Below, in pieces: positions 1 to 9,554 of a stretch of 64,000 nt of DNA. Positions within the stretch are counted from its first letter, which is position 1. Every line of letters begins with the position of its first letter. Under the pieces are notes generated by a model. The model was not told where the DNA came from. It searched no databases and worked only from the letters and a program-made list of their open reading frames with translations. Source of the stretch: a virus. Made by a program: the position numbers and the translations under genes. The stretch is taken from positions 32,001-96,000 of IMG/VR virus record IMGVR_UViG_3300019124_000038; one strand, written 5' to 3'.

Positions 1-3000
1 GAGCTTACAGATGAGATGCGTAAATCTGGTATCTCTTTTGAAGGCCCTCATATGTATTCCTACACTACACAGGATGGAAATAAAGTAAACTTCCGTAGTG
101 GAGATCAATCTGCCTATGATAGACTGGTAGAAGACGGGCGCAAAGCTGGTAGAATTAGAAGCGAAGAAGATAGACCATTCGAACGATCTGTACAGGCTTA
201 CATGAATATGGGAGCCGTTATGGACGGTCTGCGTAGACTCGGAGAGGTTGTTCAAGACGCAGATCGCTACGCGAAAATCGCTTCTTCGGGCAATGACTTC
301 CGCTTTATGGGTGCTACCAACTCATCGGCATACTACTCTGCCCAAATGGGTGTACACACGAATGCTTTGCAACAACTAAGTGGCGGATACTCAGCTCTGC
401 AAAATGATAAGCGAATGATCGACTCTACCCTGATGAACCTTGACTCTGACCTCGCGGCAATTCAAGGGAAAACAAATCCGAAGTTCGTAGAAGAAATCAA
501 CGCAAAGTTTACAGAAATGAAGAACGCTGGTCAAGAAGCTCAATTCCTTGATAGCTACCAAGACTACGAGACCGAAGAAGGCAGAGCTAAAGCGGCTTAT
601 GCCCTTGCGAAGTACAACAAGGAAATGGCGGCTAAGGCGACCCAAGGCATCCAAGAAGAGATCGACAAGACTAATCAGTCGATCATTGACCATGTAACAA
701 AACTCAAAGACATGCACTCACAATATGTGCAAGCATCTGCTGGCGTTCAGCTCTTTGAGCAAGCTCTAAAAGGTGTTCGAACAAACATCACAGCGGCACA
801 AAACCTCATGAACGCAATCCAAAACCCTGAGCGTAGAGTCAAGCAAGGCGCGACAGTGTTTGGCATGATGATCCAAGAGGTCGGACTGCTCGATCAAGAA
901 CTTGGTTCAATCCAAGCGAAAATGGCAGAATTGCAAAGTACTGGTCAAGATTTCTCAATCAATGCACTCTACAACCCGAACTCAGAAGGTCTATCTGCTG
1001 AACAAGCGGCATACAAGGGTCTTCTGGAGAAGCGTCAGGAGGTTGAGTCAACCCTTCAATCATCTGTAGCCGCTCAACGCGAAATGCAGGAGCAAATGGT
1101 ACAGCTTGTAATGTCAACCGACAGATACAAGGACATGTGGGACAGTGTACAAAGCCGTCTTGAAATGATTCGGGGTATGGCGAAAGAGATTCGAGACTTG
1201 CAAAATCAAGAGATCGTCAATGCTTCAATGAATGGCATCCGTTCACGTCTGTTGGGTCAAACATTTGACGCTAATGGCGAAGCTAAATCACAGTATGAGC
1301 AACTGCGAGACGCGCATCTCTCGAATGTCGAAAAGCTCCAAAAGGCTCGACTTGAATCTGGTCAAGATGCTGAGAAGTTGAAGCAAGCAATTGATGAGAT
1401 CAACTCGAATACTCGCGACCAAATGAAGAGTGCCATCATTGACCCAATGAAGAACCTCATTAGGAATGACCTTAGCGACGCTATTAAGCGTCAACAGGAC
1501 GCAAGCGAGGAACTTAAAAAAGGAGCAGAGTTCTTTGACCAATCGGCACAAGAACTGCTGACAAAACTCCAAAGTGTCAAGATTACCGTTAGCTCAGATG
1601 GTAAGACAGTTTCCTTCAGAGACGGCACTTCTACTGCTTCCAGTATGACAACAGATTCCAATAATTCATATTGGGATAATGCTAACTGGGATGACCCTGA
1701 AGTGCAGAAGCGTTACAAGCGTCAATTGAACAAGGAAGAGAGCGACAAAAAGGCTCTTGACCTGTCATTTGGTGGCGGTCAAAAAGACTTTGTTGAGAAG
1801 ATGGCTCCATATGCTTCTATGGCTTCACAGAAGACAGGGCTTCCAATGGACTATATTCTAACTCAATGGGGTCTGGAATCTGGTTGGGGAACCTCGGCGG
1901 CAGTACAGCAGAACAACAACTTTGCTGGTATTAAGCCTTGGGGTAACTACCGTGGAAGTGCGGCAAATCCAACTTATGCGGCATACTCAACAGTCGGTGA
2001 TTTTGCGAATGGTTATGCAGACTTCTATTTGCAAAACTCACGATACAACGGTCTTATCTCAGCGGCTAAGAGCGGTGCTGGTACTTCACAACTGTTCAAT
2101 ATCCTTGGAGGTACTGGATATGCAGAAGACCCTAACTACGCAAGTAAGCTGAGTTCTACTGCAAGCTATGTGCGTCAGTATATTCCAAGCTCATACGGCG
2201 TAGCAAATCCAAGTGCTACCGCTATCACACAAGATAACGGTGGGCTGGTGGTAAACGCTACTGGCTTAACAAACGAAGCTAACTCTGCGGAGGAAGCGGC
2301 GCGTCGTGATCAGGAGTACAAGCGCAAGGCGCAAATGTACGAAATGCAAGAACTCTTTGCTTCGTTCAGAGCGCAAGCAATGGCATTGGCGAACAATAGC
2401 GTGGAGTATGGCGTAAACAACCAGATTCGTGACGCAAAAGTACGCTACTCCATCACTGGAGCAAAATCAGAGTTGACTCTTGGAACATTCGATGCCTACA
2501 ACAGCGGGCGCGAGGAGATCGCCCGCAGAAAGGCAGAGAATGCTGAATACCTGAAAGTTCTGGAGAACGAGAAGAAATACCGTGAGTCTGTCAGCGCAGG
2601 GTATTATGCTGATGCCATGTCTACTGGTGACTACTCGCTCTACCACGCGAACTCAGAAGGTATCAAAATGTTCGGCGAGATGATCGAGACTCTGAAAAAG
2701 AACAACGAACAACTCGACGCTCTGAACAAGACCTACTCTGAACGGGCTTACTTTGACCCACGCTATAACAGCGGGGAAGCAAATAAAGAGATCAAATCTC
2801 TGCTTGAATCCCTTCAAGACAAGATCGAAAAGGGGGAAAGTGGCGACGGTCAGTACTACCGAATGCTCGACGATCTCCAACGCATGAACAGCGAGTATTT
2901 CAACAGAGAAAAAGCTGTGGATGCTCGGAAGTTCGCTTTCGATAAGTTTGGCTTTGATTACGAGGGCTACGCACGAGTCAAGCTAATCAAGCAGAAGGAA

Positions 3001-5037
3001 GACCTTGAACTCCTCTTCAACCAATGGGTGCAAATCAGTGATGTTCTTGCAACCATGAAGAGAGGGTCTAATGACTGGTTCGCTGTTCTTGAAGACGCAG
3101 TCGCTATCCAAGAGAAGTATGTCGAACTAGAGAACAAGAAAACTGAACTGTCGAAACGCTGGTTCGAACTGACGGGACAAGATATGCCAGCTTATGTCAA
3201 CTCTCGCGCTTATCAGCAATCCCGTGACTATGTACAGGACAGAAAGAACCTCGGAACCGCTATCAGTGAATACCGCGATAAGGGTCAAACAATGGATGCT
3301 AATGAGCAACTGGTTACGCTCCAGATCATCTCGGAAACTGCTGATAAGCTGGCGCAACAAATGAACGATTACCGCACGGCTGTCGTCGGTGCGTTCAAAG
3401 CTGGTGCGATCAGCATGGACGAGTATATCCAACGCCTGTACGATCTCAGAGATGTTCAGCGGGAAAACAGAGAGCAAGCTGTTCAGATGATGGATAGCAT
3501 CTCTGGAACCTTTGAGCAATCTCTGGCTAGTGCTCTGCAAAGCGGAATGCAAGGCAACTTCGATGCCCCGTTAGAGTTCATGCAGAATGTAAAGAATGGT
3601 CTGGCATCTGCTGTTTCAAGCCAAATGTCAAATCTGATTCTGAACAACTCTGGTCTGAAAACCGTAATGGATGGACTGATGAAGTCCATGACCGAAGCAA
3701 TGACTACAGGTGATGTGAACAAGAGTCTGAATGCTTTCAATCTGAATGACTTCAAGGGTCAGATTGACAGCGCACTTGCTCCATTCCTGCCGCTCATTCA
3801 GCAAATCTCCGCTAGTACCGATGGTATTTTCGGCATCATGAAAGACCAAGTGTTCAACGCACCAACGGGCTTCAAGATCGACGATTACCTCTATAGGTAC
3901 ACTAAGGACAAGACCTATACCGATCTTGCTCCTTGGTTGGATGGCACTATCCGAAACGAAGCTGGCTCTCCAATTGGGCAAACACCATCTGGAACAATTA
4001 ATGTTCCCACTCTTCCTGCCCCAAAAGGCGTTCCAAATGTTATCACGAACCCCATTGATCCACTTCGCGGCGGAGCGTTGGTCGAAACAAAAGTTAGAAA
4101 CCCTGTAAAGGAAATCATTCAAAACATCCTGAAAGATCAATCTGTTTGGGATGCTAAGACTGGTCTGTCTGATGCGGGGAATGTGCAAGCCCACACTAAC
4201 GCAAACGCAAACCGCAAACTTTTAGAACAAATCGCACCAGATATCGCAAGGGCAGTTGGGGATGGAAGCACTGGTTTAGGCGGTTCGGCTCTGCAAGACT
4301 ACTTGAAGAATACTGACCTGTCAATGTTTGATATGGTAGAAAAAACGGATGGTGTCAACAGCTCTATCGTTGGGATGAACTCTGATCTGAAAACGAAGCT
4401 GGATACTCTGAACGCAACTACGGCGCAAGTCGTATCTGCTATTGCAAGTATGCGGTCATCTGGCGGCTCAAGTTCATCTGGCGGCTCATCTTACTCATCG
4501 AATTACGGCTCTGTATCGTCTAACGATGCTAAACTCGCGCAAATGAAAGCAAACTCAGCGGCTTGGGCTAACGCTACAAGCGACGCAGAGCGGCAGAAAC
4601 TTGCTGATGCTAACCTTTCGCTCGGCGCGTCATTGGGCTATACCCGTGGTGATGATGGTGTGTGGCGCGACAAGAGCGGTAAGCGGGTTTACCATACAGG
4701 CGGTATCGCTGGTGTCGGAAACTTCGCTAAGGCTAGTGGTCTGATGCCGAGTGAGCTTAATGCGCTCTTGCAAAAGCATGAATATATCTTCCAGCCAGCT
4801 CAGGTAAGCGATCTGATCGGTGGTGCGGTGGCTCGATACGCGGACAGTGGATACAGCACTGGTATCGGCGGAGGGTTCGCAACACAAAGTGAAGGGGTTA
4901 ACATCTATGTCACCGTCGAGGGTGGCGGCGATACCTCAATCGAAGCGGCTGTAAAAAATGCTGTACGCCTTGCATTTGTGGAGTACGACAAGTCTAAGCG
5001 ACAAATGGCTCTCCAAACTAGGGGTGTCACCTACTAA
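1..5037 (+). CDS. Tape measure protein (5'-truncated by window) with internal GH73 glucosaminidase/FlgJ-like domain
   Basis: Frame is open from base 1; long Ala/Gln/Glu-rich helical sequence; GH73 motifs QWGLESGWG, NNFAGIK, GYAEDPNYASKL (~1780-2160); C-terminal YHTGG..E...L...E motif typical of TMPs; tail genes follow. Confidence 0.85.
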   Translation, partial: ELTDEMRKSGISFEGPHMYSYTTQDGNKVNFRSGDQSAYDRLVEDGRKAGRIRSEEDRPFERSVQAYMNMGAVMDGLRRLGEVVQDADRYAKIASSGNDFRFMGATNSSAYYSAQMGVHTNALQQLSGGYSALQNDKRMIDSTLMNLDSDLAAIQGKTNPKFVEEINAKFTEMKNAGQEAQFLDSYQDYETEEGRAKAAYALAKYNKEMAAKATQGIQEEIDKTNQSIIDHVTKLKDMHSQYVQASAGVQLFEQALKGVRTNITAAQNLMNAIQNPERRVKQGATVFGMMIQEVGLLDQELGSIQAKMAELQSTGQDFSINALYNPNSEGLSAEQAAYKGLLEKRQEVESTLQSSVAAQREMQEQMVQLVMSTDRYKDMWDSVQSRLEMIRGMAKEIRDLQNQEIVNASMNGIRSRLLGQTFDANGEAKSQYEQLRDAHLSNVEKLQKARLESGQDAEKLKQAIDEINSNTRDQMKSAIIDPMKNLIRNDLSDAIKRQQDASEELKKGAEFFDQSAQELLTKLQSVKITVSSDGKTVSFRDGTSTASSMTTDSNNSYWDNANWDDPEVQKRYKRQLNKEESDKKALDLSFGGGQKDFVEKMAPYASMASQKTGLPMDYILTQWGLESGWGTSAAVQQNNNFAGIKPWGNYRGSAANPTYAAYSTVGDFANGYADFYLQNSRYNGLISAAKSGAGTSQLFNILGGTGYAEDPNYASKLSSTASYVRQYIPSSYGVANPSATAITQDNGGLVVNATGLTNEANSAEEAARRDQEYKRKAQMYEMQELFASFRAQAMALANNSVEYGVNNQIRDAKVRYSITGAKSELTLGTFDAYNSGREEIARRKAENAEYLKVLENEKKYRESVSAGYYADAMSTGDYSLYHANSEGIKMFGEMIETLKKNNEQLDALNKTYSERAYFDPRYNSGEANKEIKSLLESLQDKIEKGESGDGQYYRMLDDLQRMNSEYFNREKAVDARKFAFDKFGFDYEGYARVKLIKQKEDLELLFNQWVQISDVLATMKRGSNDWFAVLEDAVAIQEKYVELENKKTELSKRWFELTGQDMPAYVNSRAYQQSRDYVQDRKNLGTAISEYRDKGQTMDANEQLVTLQIISETADKLAQQMNDYRTAVVGAFKAGAISMDEYIQRLYDLRDVQRENREQAVQMMDSISGTFEQSLASALQSGMQGNFDAPLEFMQNVKNGLASAVSSQMSNLILNNSGLKTVMDGLMKSMTEAMTTGDVNKSLNAFNLNDFKGQIDSALAPFLPLIQQISASTDGIFGIMKDQVFNAPTGFKIDDYLYRYTKDKTYTDLAPWLDGTIRNEAGSPIGQTPSGTINVPTLPAPKGVPNVITNPIDPLRGGALVETKVRNPVKEIIQNILKDQSVWDAKTGLSDAGNVQAHTNANANRKLLEQIAPDIARAVGDGSTGLGGSALQDYLKNTDLSMFDMVEKTDGVNSSIVGMNSDLKTKLDTLNATTAQVVSAIASMRSSGGSSSSGGSSYSSNYGSVSSNDAKLAQMKANSAAWANATSDAERQKLADANLSLGASLGYTRGDDGVWRDKSGKRVYHTGGIAGVGNFAKASGLMPSELNALLQKHEYIFQPAQVSDLIGGAVARYADSGYSTGIGGGFATQSEGVNIYVTVEGGGDTSIEAAVKNAVRLAFVEYDKSKRQMALQTRGVTY

Positions 5038-5053
5038 GGAAGGAGTGTAGTGC

Positions 5054-6046
5054 ATGAACCAGAGATGGCAATATGGCAACTACACTTTCAGACTTAACCC
5101 AAGTGGCAACAACTCGAAATTTGATGTTGTGGGAGATGATGTTCGCACTCTAACGGGTGCGGTCATCTCCCAACCCACGGGGGTTACTGAAAGCATGTCG
5201 GTAGAAGCTGTTTTCTACCAGCCACGAACAAGAATCTATAATGAAAGAAGTCTGCCTTTTACAAATTTCATTGCATGTGACGGTATTGAGTGTAGGAGCA
5301 TGAATGTAGATACAATGACAATTACCGTATACTCAGATGATTTTACAACGACTGCATCTACGATTCAGATTGCGGGTGTTCTCGGTGTCCCAACAGGCTT
5401 TGCAGTCTCAGACGGATACTACTTTGTATCTTCTCGAACATCCACAGATGAGAAAGTTTACCGATTTTACGGCAACTCACTGTCTGAAACATATACGATC
5501 AGTCGCCCAACTGGAACGTCTACGAGCAGGGGCGTTGCTATTATTGGAAACTACATCTACCTTCTGTGGGATAACAACACGATTAGCGCATATGACAGCA
5601 CTCGTCTTGGAGCCTATGTAAAGACTATCAACTTACCGCACGTCGCAGGGTTCACAAGCATTGATTCGGACGGGGAGTTCTTGCTGGTGGGCAACTACGA
5701 CTATGACAACAATGTGATTTCTCATATCGACCCATCTTCTGGTATGATCGTAAATTCGATCACAACAGACGGCATTAATGAAGTTGACGATGTGAGCCAC
5801 AATGGGAATCTTTACTTTGTGCTCAATCGAGAGAAAGGCACAATCCAATCTATAAGGGGTAACACAGTGAACCTTGATCTGTTCAAGTTCCATCGTGAAA
5901 CAGCGAAAGGATATGTAAGGCTTACAGATGATCGTGGTGTTTCATCAATGGTAGGCGTGACTTCTGTGAGTGCAACCAGACGATCTAACTACGAAGTAGC
6001 ATATGATGTGTCGATTTCATTTCAGCGAGTGAATAGAGGTGTATAA
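5054..6046 (+). CDS. Distal tail (Dit-like) protein with inserted beta-propeller-like region
   Basis: Directly after TMP; N-term W.YG.Y.F.LNPS and C-term LTDD.G...YDVS shared with next gene. Confidence 0.5.
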   Translation: MNQRWQYGNYTFRLNPSGNNSKFDVVGDDVRTLTGAVISQPTGVTESMSVEAVFYQPRTRIYNERSLPFTNFIACDGIECRSMNVDTMTITVYSDDFTTTASTIQIAGVLGVPTGFAVSDGYYFVSSRTSTDEKVYRFYGNSLSETYTISRPTGTSTSRGVAIIGNYIYLLWDNNTISAYDSTRLGAYVKTINLPHVAGFTSIDSDGEFLLVGNYDYDNNVISHIDPSSGMIVNSITTDGINEVDDVSHNGNLYFVLNREKGTIQSIRGNTVNLDLFKFHRETAKGYVRLTDDRGVSSMVGVTSVSATRRSNYEVAYDVSISFQRVNRGV

Positions 6047-6048
6047 GG

Positions 6049-7437
6049 ATGAGACGAAGATGGTGGCTAGGCGGGCATGAAGTTGAAATTAACCCATCTC
6101 AATTAGGCTACGATAAAAAGGCAACTGCACAGCCAATTGTTACAGCTAATGGAGTAGTGTCTAACCCAAATAGATTCTATGACAGGCAATTAAATTTTCA
6201 ACTGAATATCCTTGACCAACCTACAAGGATTGAGCGACCAACTATGGCAAAATTCCCTTCTGGCAAATACACGGCGATCACAGAAGACGCTTTCTTCTCG
6301 CAATACTATCTGCTGAACACAATCGGAAATTCGATTGACGTTTACAGCAGGAGCGGGGCTGTCATTAAGGCATTCGGCATCAAACAAGCGAATGTGGCTT
6401 TTGGCAAGGCGGTCTTCACAACGACAGGCAACAATGGTGGCTCGATCACTGACGGAAACACTGACACCTACTGGGATATGTTGGGAAACAATGGAGGAGA
6501 TGCTGTTGTTGACTTAGGTTCTCTGGTCACGATCAATTCAATCTCTTTTACGACAAAGATGTATACAGCCGATATTCAGGTAGACATATCTTCTGATGGA
6601 ACAAACTATTCAACAGCATTCTCTCTAACTTCTTTTTCGGGAGGAGAAAAGGAGCAAACAATTTCCCCAAGTGCCACACGATATATCCGTCTTAGGGTTT
6701 CGAATCTTACAGGGAATGGCGGAGACTCGATGTTCGTATCCGAGTTGTCAGCAAAGTTCATTCCTGTCGGAAATGCAAGCGGTGTTGCGTATATGAATGG
6801 TGAAGTTGCATGGTTCTATCCAAACCAAGGCGGAGGGGCGGCAGTAGTAATCACTGACGAAAATGGATTCGAAAATCGTAAATATTACTATGCAAACGAT
6901 GCAAACCTCAAAGATGTGAACCATATTACTTACTCGTCAAATGACAACTCACTATACTGTATGAACAAGTACGGGAAGATCATAGCAATTAGCTTGACAG
7001 ACGGATCGGCGATAGTAAAGAAGCAATTTACTGACTACGACACTAACGCTAATGGCTCGATGGCAATTTACAGAAGTGTCCATCTATACGGAGACTTTAT
7101 TGGAGTTGTTAAGAACAGTACAGTTGAATATTACACGCTATCAGGATATTCGATCTTTCACCGCATCGAATTGCCAACAAATATTGTAGCTCTGACAACC
7201 GATGGAATGACAAGAACATTCCACATGATTAGCAATACAAAACTCCAATCCTTAAACATGAATCTGTCCATCATTGAGTTAGAACAGGTCAAATCTGTAC
7301 TTGGAACAGGGTTCTTCACGCTTACTGACGATAGCAATATCCCAAAGCGTGTCGCGCTAACTGATATGAGTGTCAGACGGGTTCGTGAGATGTCGGAGCT
7401 TCGGTACGAGGTTAGTGTGAACGGAATTGAGCAGTAA
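6049..7437 (+). CDS. Second Dit-like tail protein with propeller-like region and F5/8 type C (discoidin) module
   Basis: Paralogous termini to 5054..6046; discoidin motifs ITDGNTDTYW, VVDLGSL, SSDGTNY, TRYIRL. Confidence 0.55.
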   Translation: MRRRWWLGGHEVEINPSQLGYDKKATAQPIVTANGVVSNPNRFYDRQLNFQLNILDQPTRIERPTMAKFPSGKYTAITEDAFFSQYYLLNTIGNSIDVYSRSGAVIKAFGIKQANVAFGKAVFTTTGNNGGSITDGNTDTYWDMLGNNGGDAVVDLGSLVTINSISFTTKMYTADIQVDISSDGTNYSTAFSLTSFSGGEKEQTISPSATRYIRLRVSNLTGNGGDSMFVSELSAKFIPVGNASGVAYMNGEVAWFYPNQGGGAAVVITDENGFENRKYYYANDANLKDVNHITYSSNDNSLYCMNKYGKIIAISLTDGSAIVKKQFTDYDTNANGSMAIYRSVHLYGDFIGVVKNSTVEYYTLSGYSIFHRIELPTNIVALTTDGMTRTFHMISNTKLQSLNMNLSIIELEQVKSVLGTGFFTLTDDSNIPKRVALTDMSVRRVREMSELRYEVSVNGIEQ

Positions 7438-7443
7438 GGAGGG

Positions 7444-9504
7444 GTGGGAATGATCGCAGTAACTCAAACTTATCAACAAGCGTTTGACTCAGACACCCGA
7501 ATGTGGCGGCTGAAAGTCGAGATTCAACGGAATGACAATCCGAATGACATATGGGTAGATATCTCAGATCGTGTTCTCCAGTGCTCGATCAGCCACGACT
7601 ATGAGCGTCGCAATAGCACGGCAAACATCGAGCTGGATAATTTCGACGCTTCTCTTTCTCCTTTCAATAGAAACAGCTCTACCAATTTCGTTGGTGGTGT
7701 CTACAATCCATTATTAGACGCTATGCACAAAATCCGCGTCTCCTATGGACTACTGACGACGGCTGGCTATGAGTACATTGTCAAATTCACGGGCTTGCTC
7801 GGCGACGACATTGATACAGAGTCATATCCTAGTCAAATCTCACTCGCTTGTCGTGACTTGTCAAAATACCTACAGGACACCTACATCTTCCAAAGCAAGA
7901 CATACAAAACAACGGTTGTTGAGAATGTTATGCAGGACATGATTAGCCAGTTCGTTCCCGAGCTAGGTCTTACAGTTCAAATTCAGAATGACACCAAATT
8001 CATGATCGGCAGACCAGATCAACCGTACACAGCGAAAGATATCAACCTTTGGGATGCCCTGCAACAACTTGCAGATGCGGCAAGCCATGAGCTTCGATTC
8101 CTTGAAGACGGGAGACTTATTCTGCGGAAAATTGTCAGAGACTTTACTGGAATTACTCCAGTTGCAATATTTGATGAAAGCCAACTTGTAAAAGACACGC
8201 TAAACATCAGTGACGCAGATATTCGGAACCACATCGTTCTAAAGGTACAAGGTCTCAATCCGATTGAAAAGGTTGACGCTCATTCTGTAGCTCAATATGG
8301 AAGACGATACATGGAAGTCCATCGTTCTATGGCAAACATCATCACAACTGCTGAACAAGGTCATCAACTTGTGCAAGATATGCTGTATGATCTGAGCCAT
8401 GTCGCACCAAACGACAATCTTGAACTTGCCCTTTACCCTCAAATCCAAGTTGGCGACTTCGTTGCTGTTCGGAATACACAAACTGGCACTGATCCTACTT
8501 ATGACATCTTCCGAGTGATTCGTGTTCAGGATAGGTACACAGCAAATAGCAAGCGAACAACTCTTCAACTAAAAGGCAAAACGAGCTTCATCCCAGAAGA
8601 ATCCATTGCCCCAAGACCCCCAACAAACCTGAGAGCATCCTTAATTTCCAGACAGGTATTCAATTACCCAAACTCTGGATGGGCAGGAGACTCCAAGACA
8701 ACATACTATCCGCAGATTCAGTGGGATGCACCCACGGCAAACATTAGCGGAACGGGTATCGGAGTTGACTTTGGCGGCTACACGATCTATCGTAAAGACG
8801 ATCTTCACGCAGGGATGGTGAATGTAGGCTCAGTAAGATGGGCACAGGTTAGCGGGAACCAAAACAAGTGGTGGCAATATCCAGCATCGGTCACCACAGA
8901 GTCTAGCTTGCAAGGTGACTATATAATCACGACATCTGGTCAAAGCATGACCATCAAGATGCTCAACCCATTAAAGCCTAACGATAACTGGTCTGTAGTT
9001 GTTAACACTCAATTCTCTGGCGGCGCGTATCGTCCAAAAGTTGATGTTTTCCGCTCGGGAAACTCGGTCAAAACAACTGGCGCAATGCCATTGACTTTAG
9101 GTACAGCAGTCCCAGTCCGTGTGGATATCATCAGCGGCAATGTCAATGTGTATACGGGAAATGTCTACACTACGCCATTTTGCACGATGGCAATTCCAAG
9201 CGGAGTCAGCCTAAGATTCGATTCTATCCGTGGGTTTGTTTCTCAGGACTACGCCTATGTTCAGAATTTGAAGTACAAGGGCAATGACTGGTATCCAGTG
9301 GCTACGATTGCTTCCTACATTCCGTCAATGAATTTGAAGGTGCAACATTTCTACGACTATACAGTTTCAGGCGGAGCGCAGTACGAGTACAAGATGACGG
9401 CTGTAGATAAGCTAGGTGCGGTTTCTACAAGCTCTCAGATTTTATCAATTGCAGTACAGCCAACAACTTATGCTACTTTGCCAAGCCAAGGTAGTGGTGG
9501 TTAA
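7444..9504 (+). CDS. Baseplate hub/Tal-like tail protein with C-terminal FN3-like domain
   Basis: Position after Dit-like genes; hub-like motifs (WDALQQLADA, S.AQYGRR); FN3 motifs PRPPTNL...WDAP...GYTIYR...YEYKMTAVD. Confidence 0.6.
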   Translation: MGMIAVTQTYQQAFDSDTRMWRLKVEIQRNDNPNDIWVDISDRVLQCSISHDYERRNSTANIELDNFDASLSPFNRNSSTNFVGGVYNPLLDAMHKIRVSYGLLTTAGYEYIVKFTGLLGDDIDTESYPSQISLACRDLSKYLQDTYIFQSKTYKTTVVENVMQDMISQFVPELGLTVQIQNDTKFMIGRPDQPYTAKDINLWDALQQLADAASHELRFLEDGRLILRKIVRDFTGITPVAIFDESQLVKDTLNISDADIRNHIVLKVQGLNPIEKVDAHSVAQYGRRYMEVHRSMANIITTAEQGHQLVQDMLYDLSHVAPNDNLELALYPQIQVGDFVAVRNTQTGTDPTYDIFRVIRVQDRYTANSKRTTLQLKGKTSFIPEESIAPRPPTNLRASLISRQVFNYPNSGWAGDSKTTYYPQIQWDAPTANISGTGIGVDFGGYTIYRKDDLHAGMVNVGSVRWAQVSGNQNKWWQYPASVTTESSLQGDYIITTSGQSMTIKMLNPLKPNDNWSVVVNTQFSGGAYRPKVDVFRSGNSVKTTGAMPLTLGTAVPVRVDIISGNVNVYTGNVYTTPFCTMAIPSGVSLRFDSIRGFVSQDYAYVQNLKYKGNDWYPVATIASYIPSMNLKVQHFYDYTVSGGAQYEYKMTAVDKLGAVSTSSQILSIAVQPTTYATLPSQGSGG

Positions 9505-9554
9505 GTTACTACGCCAGTCAAAGGCGGGGGCGTTTAAAAGGAAGGAGAATCACT

